Source: Syntrophales bacterium
GTDB lineage: Bacteria; Desulfobacterota; Syntrophia; Syntrophales; UBA2210
Reading direction: 5' to 3'
Length of the DNA stretch: 64,000 nt
NCBI GenBank assembly: GCA_963666365.2
Contig: CAXXNF010000001.1
Location: 576,001-640,000, forward strand
Positions 8,918 to 17,828 of the stretch are shown one piece after another. The translations under genes and the position numbers were made by a program. The notes beneath the pieces were generated by a model that was given only the letters and a program-made list of their open reading frames with translations, did no database searches and was not told the DNA's origin. Numbering within the stretch: the stretch's first letter is position 1; every line of letters begins with the position of its first letter.

Positions 8918-9205
8918 TCAGGCCGCCTCTATGGGCATTGCCATCGGACGCCCGGTTTTTTTTGCGCCGCCGCCGTAGAGATAGACCGACGGCCAGACGA
9001 CGCGGACATCCTTTTTTATATATTGCGCAATGGCCCGCCTGATGCGGTCGGATGTTGCACCGTCGATCACGCGGGAAACGGCAGACGGCCCGACACCCAG
9101 CTCTCTGGCAATCGCCGCCTGCGCGCCGTGGCCGCCGAAGGATCGAAAAAGCGCCTCGCGGATTTCAAGAGGCGTCATGTCGCGTGCTTTTATGTGCTCT
9201 TTCAT
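8918..9205 (-). CDS. ner: Ner/Nlp-like HTH transcriptional regulator
   Basis: AIARELGV.PSAVSRVI...IA..I...VWPS.Y. Confidence 0.8.
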   Translation of the reverse strand: MKEHIKARDMTPLEIREALFRSFGGHGAQAAIARELGVGPSAVSRVIDGATSDRIRRAIAQYIKKDVRVVWPSVYLYGGGAKKTGRPMAMPIEAA

Positions 9206-9228
9206 GGGTTGCCTTTCGGAGTGTTGAA

Positions 9229-9531
9229 ATGGAAAACGCCGATAAGAAAACGTTGTTTAAATGCATCTATTGCAATTCCTGCTTTTTGCTTGACTTCGAA
9301 CCACCCGAAAAGTGGATGGTTCGAAGATATGCCATTAAGAGCAGGTTTAAATTTGTCTGCGAAAAGTGCGGCGCTTTTATTTACCCGGAAGAACTTTGTG
9401 AAGACCGTGCGCCCGACGAAGATATTTTTTACATGTTTTCCAAATGCATTAACGCGTTCAGATGTTCTCTTCATGATCAGTACGATCCTTCTTGTGAAGC
9501 CGGTCTTTTGATGCCGAAATGCTTTTATTAG
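9229..9531 (+). CDS. small Cys-rich (zinc-binding) accessory protein, antisense to the early operon
   Basis: CIYC...CEKC pairs; GGAG RBS. Confidence 0.55.
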   Translation: MENADKKTLFKCIYCNSCFLLDFEPPEKWMVRRYAIKSRFKFVCEKCGAFIYPEELCEDRAPDEDIFYMFSKCINAFRCSLHDQYDPSCEAGLLMPKCFY

Positions 9532-9772
9532 CTTCACATGGCGATAGAGGAGATGAATTGCCGGATAGAAAAACTTGAAACTCGTCTTTCAGATTTAGTT
9601 TTAGGTGAACAAGCGAAAAAGGCTGACAGGGAACCTGATACAAAGTTGAATTGACAGAGACGCGGCTTTGGCTGTCTGCTCGCCGCATAACAGGGAATGC
9701 AACGTGGACCCCTTGCAACCGAGACTCTATTTTTTTAAAAGTACTCTCAATCATGTTGCTTTGGTGGGTCAT
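9458..9772 (-). CDS. hypothetical first ORF of the early operon
   Basis: Strong AAGGAGG RBS downstream of the early promoter; the protein is not recognisable. Confidence 0.4.
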   Translation of the reverse strand: MTHQSNMIESTFKKIESRLQGVHVAFPVMRRADSQSRVSVNSTLYQVPCQPFSLVHLKLNLKDEFQVFLSGNSSPLSPCEANKSISASKDRLHKKDRTDHEENI

Positions 9773-9820
9773 GCAATACCCTCCTTTTTTTGAATGTCTA
9801 AATTGAGTGAATTTGTTGAC

Positions 9821-9849
9821 ATACTAAACCCATAATTTAGTTTATGCAA
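9821..9849 (-). promoter_or_regulatory. putative phage early promoter (Pe-like)
   Basis: TTGCAT-17 nt-TAGTAT on the minus strand, overlapped by an ACTAAA-N7-TTTAGT inverted repeat. Confidence 0.6.
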
Positions 9850-9860
9850 GATAAAATTTA

Positions 9861-9985
9861 GGTTGTCGGTTAAATATTAACATTTTCTGTGTATGTAATG
9901 CCCAACACATTGAAATGATATGTGTTATTCGCACTCGACAACCGGTTGTCGGTTAGGTTGTCGGTTTAAATCTCAAGTGACAACC
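9861..9985. promoter_or_regulatory. operator/enhancer repeat array
   Basis: GGTTGTCGGTT at 9861, 9944 and 9956; perfect palindrome CGACAACCGGTTGTCG at 9936-9951; GACAACC at 9979. Confidence 0.7.
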
Positions 9986-10004
9986 AGAACAAACGGGTGA
10001 TTTT

Positions 10005-10712
10005 ATGGATTTTGAAGAAAGAGTCGCTTGGATTATTAACCTCATAAAGGATAGAGAGGGACTAAATAATATCCAGATTGGTCAAATGTTGGGTGTCAAC
10101 AAGAATACAATTCTAGCTTATAGTAAAGGAAGGGGCGATCTGAAGGGCGTTGCTCTTGCGGGAATTGTAAAAAATTTTGGCATAAGCGGGGAATGGTTGA
10201 TAGCAGGTAAGGGAGAACCCTTTCCTGGCGCCCGCGTAAAATATCCCGAAGTATGCGGCTCAGAGCCAGAGCAAATCGAACTCGACGCAGACGTATACAG
10301 TTATATTCCAAAATACAATGCGAGGCTTTCCGGCGGTTCCGGTTCCTTTGAAACGTCGAAAGAAATCGAAAACTATTGCGCCTTCAGAACCGAGTGGCTG
10401 AAAAGAAAGTGGAATATTAAGAGCCTCGCCCTCTTCGAAGTGACCGGCGACTCGATGGCGCCGCTGATCCAGCACCAGGACGTCGTCCTTGTGGATATGA
10501 GCAGAAACAACCTCGAAGACATAATCGACGGCAAAATATATGCATTTTCTGAAGATCATGTGGTAAGAATAAAACGGCTCGTCCGGAAGGGAACCGAACT
10601 ATGGGCCATCTCCGACAACAAGATAGAAGCCCCCGACAGCCGCATCGAACTTGAAGAAGGAACCTTCAACCTCATCGGCAAAGTAGTCTGGATCGGCCAT
10701 GAGGTGAGATGA
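10005..10712 (+). CDS. phage repressor, HTH + S24 (LexA/CI-type) peptidase
   Basis: N-terminal HTH; GDSM.P and IKRL catalytic Ser/Lys motifs; divergent from the early operon. Confidence 0.9.
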   Translation: MDFEERVAWIINLIKDREGLNNIQIGQMLGVNKNTILAYSKGRGDLKGVALAGIVKNFGISGEWLIAGKGEPFPGARVKYPEVCGSEPEQIELDADVYSYIPKYNARLSGGSGSFETSKEIENYCAFRTEWLKRKWNIKSLALFEVTGDSMAPLIQHQDVVLVDMSRNNLEDIIDGKIYAFSEDHVVRIKRLVRKGTELWAISDNKIEAPDSRIELEEGTFNLIGKVVWIGHEVR

Positions 10713-10736
10713 ACAGTTTGCCTTGGAGTATGACCT

Positions 10737-11600
10737 ATGGAACGAATGCGCTTTTCAGATCGAGTAGGAGCTACAGAACCAATAAGTATACTTCAATTAG
10801 ATGATATAAATTATGAATTAAGGAATTCTCTCTGGAATTATTTGCTCAAGCTCCTCTACCCCGGATCGAAATACACCGAACATATCAAGGCAAATCGCAT
10901 GATTTGTGAATATTTTTTTAGATTACCTGTAGATGAATTGCCAGTGCATCTTCATCGACAGCCAGAGTGGCTTCGCGACTTCTTTTTTTCTCGCTTTGAT
11001 AGTGGACTTTTCCAATGGTATGATATTTACAATTTAATTGAATTCATTACAGAGCATATTGATTCTATTAAAGGACAGTTTTATCAAAGAAGATTTATAG
11101 CTGATATAAATAGAATTCTTGAAAGAGAAATGTCGGGATATCGGTTTATAAACGGTGTACTTGCTCCAATTTCGAGCAAAGAAGAAATCGAAAGCATTAA
11201 CACCTCTATTTTATTGGCTAAAGATAGTCAACTTTATGGTACAAAGAAACATTTCGAAACAGCTCTTGATTTAATTGCCAAAAAGCCAGATCCCGATTAT
11301 CGGAATTCAATCAAAGAATCGATAAGTGCCATCGAATCTTTAGCGAAACAACTCACAGGAGAAAATGGAGGAGGCTTAGATAAGGCTTTTACTAAATTGG
11401 ATTCAAAGGTTCATTTTCATGGAGCCTTCAAGGCTGGTCTCTTGAGTTTGTATGGCTATACAAGTGACGAAGATGGGATTCGACACGCTATTCTCGAGGA
11501 ATCGGATATCGGATTTGATGAAGCCAAATTTATGTTAGTGATTTGCTCCGGTTTGGTAAATTTTATAATCCAAAAGGCAAATAAACACAGGTTATTGTAA
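10737..11600 (+). CDS. AbiJ-NTD4 domain protein (abortive-infection-like, HEPN-related C-terminus)
   Basis: RFSDR...LRNSLWN...WYDIYNLIEF...GYRF; PDYRNSIKESISAIES...LYGYTSDEDGIRH...AKFML. Confidence 0.75.
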   Translation: MERMRFSDRVGATEPISILQLDDINYELRNSLWNYLLKLLYPGSKYTEHIKANRMICEYFFRLPVDELPVHLHRQPEWLRDFFFSRFDSGLFQWYDIYNLIEFITEHIDSIKGQFYQRRFIADINRILEREMSGYRFINGVLAPISSKEEIESINTSILLAKDSQLYGTKKHFETALDLIAKKPDPDYRNSIKESISAIESLAKQLTGENGGGLDKAFTKLDSKVHFHGAFKAGLLSLYGYTSDEDGIRHAILEESDIGFDEAKFMLVICSGLVNFIIQKANKHRLL

Positions 11601-11827
11601 CAAAAGGATATATTGAAGGGGAAAACAACAAAGTCACATCCATTTTATATGGGCGGAGACCCATAATGTGCTTTTATCTGGAAACCATATAAACAGTGGT
11701 CGCGTGACAGGAGGTGCTGTTTGCGTCCAAGAGTACACACTTCTATAGCTGACATACGGGCTTTTCCGTAAAGATTTTGATATGTGTAAATTCTCAATGC
11801 TGACAACAGACCAAAAGGAAGTTTGAT

Positions 11828-13063
11828 TTGAATACGCAAGTCATCAACCGAGAAGCATCAGACAAAACAAAAGGATTTCGGCTCCAAAAATTACGAGCCA
11901 TAAAGCTGATGCTCGAAACTTTGGAACATGAAGACAGAGCAATTTTTTATACGGCTATTGAGAATGTCGAAGACGTTTCACATATTAAGGTTTCGGGTAA
12001 GGATGCGGGAACGTATTATGAAGAGGACAAGAATTATAATGGAGAACATAGATTCACCATATTTAGTCCGGAAGTAAAAAATACCTTAGTCAGCTTCTTT
12101 GATATCTATATTGGTTCATGGAAGGCAAGCGACGAGATCAGGCTCGGTTTTTATACGACAGCAAAGATTGGAAACGAAAAAAAGAAATTCACAATAGATG
12201 GAACTGAAGTTGATGCACCTGAAAAACCCATTTTGGAATTTCTGTCATCTAGTAGTATGCTTTCTGATGATGTCGTAAAAATGGTTAAATCAGTTGTCTT
12301 GGAGGAATATCGGAAGCAGTACTCAGGAAAAGGATCGAAAGGACATCTAACGACCTTGACTGAAATGAACTTTATTGAGTTTCGTAAGTTTCTCAACAAA
12401 ATCATTTGGTTCTTTGAAAACGAGGATGAAAAGAAACTAAAGGAAACGATTATCCATTTGATAAAAGAATCAAAACTGCATAATTTTCGGATCGCGAACA
12501 AAGAAGAGGCAATATTCTCTCTCCTAATGGAGGAGCTGGACGAGCGACAAGGTGAGGCGTCCCTGGCTCAACGCGTCGTTAATGCATCGGATGTGAAATT
12601 GATATTCAAGCAAGCGGAGTCGGAGGAAAGAGATTTTGTGATGGACCCAACGTGGGAAGAATTAATAAAAATAGAAAAGGAAATAACAGACAAGAGGAAT
12701 CTGCCGGAAAAGGTCACGTCAGTCTGCCCCCAATATAGTGAGAAAAAGTTGAAATACCTCGCGCGACTTGCGTGCCGATCTAAGACAGAACAAATGCATA
12801 GTAACCGTAGTTTTTTATCTCTCAAATATCGAGTATACGAAGCCTGCAGTAAATACTTCTTTCAAGATGAGCGACCAGTAACTACCGAAGCCGAGATTGA
12901 TAAAGCAATTGATGAACTGAATAAGATATCTAAAGGGCATATTGATGAGCTAAAAAAAGACTATACGTACACAGTGTCCAACCCCCAGGCCCTCGACGGA
13001 ATCATAATGGATTTGTTCGATAGCTGCTTCATGTCTTTTGATGAGGTGGCTAATGAAAAATAA
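11828..13063 (+). CDS. lmuA: Lamassu/ABC-3C effector with N-terminal Cap4-like (DUF4297-type) nuclease
   Basis: REA...GF..Q...A...IE..ED...YEEDK resembles a PD-(D/E)xK motif; first gene of a three-gene coupled cassette; TTG start. Confidence 0.7.
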   Translation: MNTQVINREASDKTKGFRLQKLRAIKLMLETLEHEDRAIFYTAIENVEDVSHIKVSGKDAGTYYEEDKNYNGEHRFTIFSPEVKNTLVSFFDIYIGSWKASDEIRLGFYTTAKIGNEKKKFTIDGTEVDAPEKPILEFLSSSSMLSDDVVKMVKSVVLEEYRKQYSGKGSKGHLTTLTEMNFIEFRKFLNKIIWFFENEDEKKLKETIIHLIKESKLHNFRIANKEEAIFSLLMEELDERQGEASLAQRVVNASDVKLIFKQAESEERDFVMDPTWEELIKIEKEITDKRNLPEKVTSVCPQYSEKKLKYLARLACRSKTEQMHSNRSFLSLKYRVYEACSKYFFQDERPVTTEAEIDKAIDELNKISKGHIDELKKDYTYTVSNPQALDGIIMDLFDSCFMSFDEVANEK

Positions 13064-13580
13064 GGATGTTAAGAAAAGTCTGATGTATCTGTCGGGCGAA
13101 GATTTTTACGTATTTTGCTATGCGGTTTTAATCGTTTTAGATTACTTGAACTGTAAGGATGGTCGATATTTTAAGGATTATAGGAAGCTTGCGTTCCTTA
13201 TAGAGTTTATTAAGGATGAGAAACTCAATTATATTATCTCGAATACTCATGATAAGTCTTTGAATCCGATTGATAAGGAGTATCTCTTTAGTAGTTATTC
13301 CGCTGGTCTGGGCAGAAGGAGTGAGATATTGAAGTTGCTTTTCACCTTAGAGAAAAAGAACTACATTGTTCTCGATAAGAGTAACACACTAAGCTTGGTA
13401 GATGTATCACTCAACAAAGAAGCTATTCCAAAGGCGTTTTTCGACAAGGAAATTTTTTCGCGGGAGTACCATAACATCGAAGTCTTTACTAAGGTTATAC
13501 AAAGACTATCGAAGTTAAAACTCGATACAATGCTGAAGCATATATATGCACAGAACGGAATACCAACATGGGGAATCTAA
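13053..13580 (+). CDS. lmuC: Lamassu/ABC-3C middle component
   Basis: Small ORF overlapping both the effector and the SMC-like ATPase; GAGGTG RBS. Confidence 0.65.
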   Translation: MKNKDVKKSLMYLSGEDFYVFCYAVLIVLDYLNCKDGRYFKDYRKLAFLIEFIKDEKLNYIISNTHDKSLNPIDKEYLFSSYSAGLGRRSEILKLLFTLEKKNYIVLDKSNTLSLVDVSLNKEAIPKAFFDKEIFSREYHNIEVFTKVIQRLSKLKLDTMLKHIYAQNGIPTWGI

Positions 13581-15538
13581 GGATTAAGAAGGTCATCTAT
13601 TCCGGGCAGAAATATTTTTTCGAATCGGAAATATTCGATAAAAATATTGTTCTGATCGAAGGTGATAATGGAACCGGTAAGAGTACACTTTGTAATCTTA
13701 TCTATTTCGGCCTTGGGGGGAGAGTAAACGAGTTTAGACTCGACAGCGATAAGAAGCATAAAGAAATTACTTCAGATACTGATAATTACATAGAGCTGTA
13801 TGTCGGTATAAATGGCGATAATTTTTTGCTCAGAAGGTATTTGTCTGAAAATGACATAACTGTTACCCCGTTTGTCGAAAGCGTTGTGGATGAAGGAGAC
13901 GAAAAGTCAGTTCAATATTCAGCTCAAGAAAAAGCAGAAGAAACAAAGGTCTACACAATATTTAGGCGGGAAGAAGAGCCGTTCACGTTTTCCGATTGGA
14001 TTTTGGGGAAGCTTGGCATCACCGTTGTTGAATTGTATCAGGGATACACGACATTCAAGGTCAATTTTTCTGACCTAATGCGACTCTTATATCACGATCA
14101 ACAACCGGACCCAGAGTTCATATACAAAAAGCTGGATACAAAGTCGAATTTTGTGTCTGACTCAGAGACCTTGAGGAAGGCTATATTTGAGTTGTTGGTG
14201 GGTAAAGCATTCTCAGAGTTTTATGACGCAATTGCAGAGGCAAAGAAGGCGGAAAAAGACAAGGCTGTGGCTAAAAGTTTAGTCGATGAATATACGGCGC
14301 TGGCAGACAAGATTCGTGGTCGTGAAGAATTCAGAAATAAAAGTTTTTTGCAAGAGGAAGCAAGGAAGAACGAAAGCCAATTAGAAAAGCTCCAAGCAGC
14401 GAGAACGGCGTTTAAGCGGAATCGCGATACTTCCATAACGCTTGATCCAGAGATCGATGCATATAAAAACAAGATCATCGAGAGAGAGATTGAGCTAAGC
14501 GATAAACAAGAGGCTCTGTTTGGTCTTTACGATGAACGATACAAACTTATTGCTATTAAGGACGGTACGGTTAGAGAAGTCGGGCAGCTGCAAAAAGTTA
14601 TTCATACTCATGATCATCTGAATCTTTTTGCATCCGATACATGCCCCTATTGTTTGACTAAAGTGAATAGATTGAAGGGTCATTGCGTTTGTGGTGCTCC
14701 AATCGAAGAAGAACAATATGAAAGATTCTTCTACACGTCACAGGAATACAATGAAATACTGAAGGCGAAAACGAAATCTCTCGCGACTATCGAGTTGGCA
14801 CTAAGTAGTTGTAATGAAGATATCCATGAAATCGTGGAAGGGAAGAAATCTCTGACCAAGGTGTTGACAGAACTGAAAAGAAAACTTCGCACACGACTAG
14901 AGGCAATCGATCAACCGATTGATTTAGAGACGATTAATGATATTGACGACAAAATTCTCGGCATCAGAGAGGAAGTTGCGCATTTGTACCAGACAATTGA
15001 AATCGAAACGAAGATAGAAAATCTGCAAAAAGATTATGATGCTAAGCGCCAGTTGGTTACAGACCTTGAGCTAAAGAAAAATGAGTTCGAGGCAAAAGCA
15101 AAAAGAGATATTGCAAAGAAAGTTAATAAATTTAGTGAGATTTATAACGACTTAATGGTTGGAACCCTGCCAGATTGTCGATCTGCCCGGATAAGCCTGG
15201 AAGACTATATGCCGTTAATAAATGATGGTGAATATAGAGAGGCAAGTGCTAGGGTGTCAATAAGACTTATGTATTATCTGTCGCTTATGAAACTCTCCTT
15301 GTTTCAAGAAGATGCCACATTCCCAAGGTTCTTGTTGGTGGATACGCCAGAGACAGCAGGGATCGAGATGGACAACCTTATCAACTGTATCAGTAAGTTC
15401 GAAGAGTTGGAGTCGCTGGGGCAGGATTATCAGGTTATATTAGCTACAGGTCTCAAAAAGTATCCACCGTCCCTGGAAAACAATCGGGTTTTATATATGC
15501 CAACCCAATCAGATGCGCTTCTACAGCCGAGACAATAG
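13568..15538 (+). CDS. lmuB: Lamassu SMC/Rad50-like ABC ATPase
   Basis: Walker A GDNGTGKST, long coiled coils with central CPYC..HCVC, and FPRFLLVDTP Walker B. Confidence 0.8.
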   Translation: MGNLRIKKVIYSGQKYFFESEIFDKNIVLIEGDNGTGKSTLCNLIYFGLGGRVNEFRLDSDKKHKEITSDTDNYIELYVGINGDNFLLRRYLSENDITVTPFVESVVDEGDEKSVQYSAQEKAEETKVYTIFRREEEPFTFSDWILGKLGITVVELYQGYTTFKVNFSDLMRLLYHDQQPDPEFIYKKLDTKSNFVSDSETLRKAIFELLVGKAFSEFYDAIAEAKKAEKDKAVAKSLVDEYTALADKIRGREEFRNKSFLQEEARKNESQLEKLQAARTAFKRNRDTSITLDPEIDAYKNKIIEREIELSDKQEALFGLYDERYKLIAIKDGTVREVGQLQKVIHTHDHLNLFASDTCPYCLTKVNRLKGHCVCGAPIEEEQYERFFYTSQEYNEILKAKTKSLATIELALSSCNEDIHEIVEGKKSLTKVLTELKRKLRTRLEAIDQPIDLETINDIDDKILGIREEVAHLYQTIEIETKIENLQKDYDAKRQLVTDLELKKNEFEAKAKRDIAKKVNKFSEIYNDLMVGTLPDCRSARISLEDYMPLINDGEYREASARVSIRLMYYLSLMKLSLFQEDATFPRFLLVDTPETAGIEMDNLINCISKFEELESLGQDYQVILATGLKKYPPSLENNRVLYMPTQSDALLQPRQ

Positions 15539-15840
15539 TTGCTAGTGTATTTTTACATTTTACCCGAAATGACTGCTTTAGACCAATTATATACGGTAGA
15601 AAGTAAACGCGAGAGCCAAGCTGATCGTTCCAGTGAATCGCCTTAGATGCCCGCTGAGTTCAATATTTTCTTCCTTTCGATCCGATAATCAAATCATCGT
15701 TTTTGAAATTACACCATAACTGAACTGAACTGTTACAGGTGAAGCAGTTCTATAGATCTTAACACCTGTGATCAACTTATTTTGTCGCCGATTTCATTTC
15801 TCTACTGACATAACTCCAATGAAATATCGATGTGACAATC

Positions 15841-15936
15841 TATCCCGCCAAATCCCGAATAGTTTATAATAATCCCGTGTAGTTAGCCCCCAAATATCTG
15901 CAAATACCCTTGTCTCATCTTATATTTAATCTCTCA
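15841..15936. repeat. candidate prophage end with repeated ATCCCG motifs
   Basis: ATCCCG at 15842, 15852 and 15872; terminal TGTCTCA...TCTCTCA. Confidence 0.45.
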
Positions 15937-16067
15937 CTGTCTGCCTGCTTGCTCCTTCCTCACACGCTCTGCTCTTGACAAATAAAAAATCGTGCTTATC
16001 TAATACTTAAATACAACATTAATCAATAATAACATTGTGTTAAATGTCAGGAAAGGAGGACATTCTT

Positions 16068-16511
16068 ATGTGGTTGACAGGGTTGCGAGGTGTTGACTGG
16101 ATGCCGGACATGTGGCGCGATCTTGATCGCGTACAGCAGGAGATGGATCGCCTGTTTACGGGAAGAAGCATCAATTATCTGCAAAGCTTTCCGGCAATCA
16201 ATATGTGGATGAGCGAGAACGATGTGGTTCTCTCTTCTGAAATTCCCGGTGTCGATCCGGACAATATCGAAATATCGATCGAAGGCGACGTACTCGATCT
16301 GAGTGGTTCAAGGGTTGCCGAAGATCTGAAAGAAGGGGGAAAATATCACCGACAGGAACGCCCTCACGGAACGTTCAGGAGAAAGATCCGACTGCCCTTC
16401 AGAGCGCAGGAAGACAAAATCGAAGCAAAGTATGAAAAGGGTATTTTGACCATCAAAATTCCCCAGGCAGAAGCCGATAAGCCCAGGAAGATTTCAGTGA
16501 AAGGTGAATAG
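16068..16511 (+). CDS. Hsp20/alpha-crystallin small heat shock protein
   Basis: FPAINM...EIPGV...ER..G.F.R.I.LP...A.YEKGIL. Confidence 0.93.
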   Translation: MWLTGLRGVDWMPDMWRDLDRVQQEMDRLFTGRSINYLQSFPAINMWMSENDVVLSSEIPGVDPDNIEISIEGDVLDLSGSRVAEDLKEGGKYHRQERPHGTFRRKIRLPFRAQEDKIEAKYEKGILTIKIPQAEADKPRKISVKGE

Positions 16512-16529
16512 TGGGAGGAGGTGAACGTC

Positions 16530-16934
16530 ATGGCAGAGCGAGGAAAGGAACTGGAAATAAAAAAGGAGCAGGCATCCCTCGATACGGAAAGCATGAGGAA
16601 TCGCCCGATCTTTATTCCACAGGTGGACATTGTGGAAAACAAGGATTCGATTCTGCTGATTGCGGATATGCCCGGCGTTGACGAACAGGGAATCGACATC
16701 AATCTTGAAAGGGATGTACTGACGATTAACGGAACCGTGGAAACACCGTTCCGAAGGGATTACCGCGTCATTCATGCTGAGTATCACGTCGGAGACTACC
16801 GGCGGTCTTTCACGCTTACCGACGTGATTGATCACACCAAGATCGAAGCAACCGTGAAAAGCGGCGTACTGCGCCTGTTCCTGCCCAAGGCCGAAAAGGC
16901 TAAACCGAAAAAGATCGCCCTTAAGGTGCAATAA
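16530..16934 (+). CDS. Hsp20/alpha-crystallin small heat shock protein
   Basis: PQVDIVE...ADMPGV...Y.RSF.L...GVL.L.LPK. Confidence 0.93.
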   Translation: MAERGKELEIKKEQASLDTESMRNRPIFIPQVDIVENKDSILLIADMPGVDEQGIDINLERDVLTINGTVETPFRRDYRVIHAEYHVGDYRRSFTLTDVIDHTKIEATVKSGVLRLFLPKAEKAKPKKIALKVQ

Positions 16935-17095
16935 GTAATTTCTGCTGCCTGCGGTCATTGACACCCTTATAGCACCAATGATCGCAGGCACAGTTCACAT
17001 GGTTAGACACTGACAATCGAATTTCGTCCCTTACGCCCTCCAAACCCATCAGCGAATGGGACCTTTACATGATTCCCCAGTGAAATGACGGCCAC

Positions 17096-17458
17096 TTATT
17101 CCAGAGCTTTCAGATTTTCCCTGGCAATCTGAACAAGTGGCTTCCCCTGCGATTCGCCGATGTTGCTGCGACCGGCCCTCTCCGTCGGGTTGAGGGCAAT
17201 GACTTTCTCATACATCTCTTTCGCCTTTTCGGGCCGATTCGTATTCTGGTAGACAACCCCCTGATTCAGAAGCGCGTATGGATTGTCCGGGTTTTCCGCC
17301 AGGGCCTGATCAAAGAACGTTTCAGCCTGGCTGTATTCGCCCTTGGTCAATGCCTCAAACCCCTGGTTGGTAAGCTGTGCATCCTTGGTAATCGCGACTG
17401 TACAACCAACGACAAGCACAACAAAAGCCACCATTAGGAACATGTGGATTCTTCTCAT
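17096..17458 (-). CDS. TPR-repeat lipoprotein
   Basis: Signal peptide with VVGC lipobox; TPR helices (NPYALLNQGVVY). Confidence 0.8.
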   Translation of the reverse strand: MRRIHMFLMVAFVVLVVGCTVAITKDAQLTNQGFEALTKGEYSQAETFFDQALAENPDNPYALLNQGVVYQNTNRPEKAKEMYEKVIALNPTERAGRSNIGESQGKPLVQIARENLKALE

Positions 17459-17741
17459 CGCTATTCCTCCTTAATATCATATGGTTACGTGATATTGACT
17501 TGTTGACATCCACCTTGCGACGACATTACAAAATATCTCTATTATCCGTATTTCATCCTCCTCTCTCAACGGGACCTTCCTGTACGCAACCCGGTAATCT
17601 GCCAACGACAATTCGGGATACAATGGCGCACGTAAATTTAGTAAGGACTTCAACCGGCTGAAGAAGGATCTCAGAAGGGATCAAAATGAGTACAGCGGCA
17701 CCGGGGGCGAGTCCCCTTAACAATTCCCATCAGAATGAATT

Positions 17742-17783
17742 AGTGTTTGGAATGAGTGTCTGGAATGAGTGTCTGGAATGAGT
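17742..17783. repeat. 13-bp tandem repeat, about 3.2 copies
   Basis: AGTGT(T/C)TGGAATG x3 plus AGT. Confidence 0.9.
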
Positions 17784-17809
17784 ATAATTATTTCATGCAG
17801 GCATGTCAA
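17781..17809 (-). promoter_or_regulatory. near-consensus sigma-70 promoter
   Basis: TTGACA-17 nt-TATACT on the minus strand. Confidence 0.7.
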
Positions 17810-17828
17810 TTCAAAAACTTCCTTACCG

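Larger units (their letters stand above)
1..15936 (-). mobile_element. Mu-like transposable prophage (early region, lysis genes and left end; continues beyond the window start)
   Basis: Gene order repressor/ner/MuA/MuB/gemA/gam/com/lysis is Mu-like. Candidate terminus ...TCTCTCA at 15936 (TG on the minus strand); host hsp20 genes follow. The exact end is inferred. Confidence 0.9.

Noticed and set aside
15940..16067. CIRCE element upstream of the hsp20 pair
   Set aside because: No TTAGCACTC-N9-GAGTGCTAA match; only a TTGACA and AT-rich sequence.
17460..17740. Known riboswitch in the long leader
   Set aside because: I could not match c-di-GMP, SAM, TPP, cobalamin or glnA motifs by eye; needs an Rfam scan.
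17742..17783. CRISPR array
   Set aside because: 13-bp head-to-tail repeats with no spacers and no cas genes.
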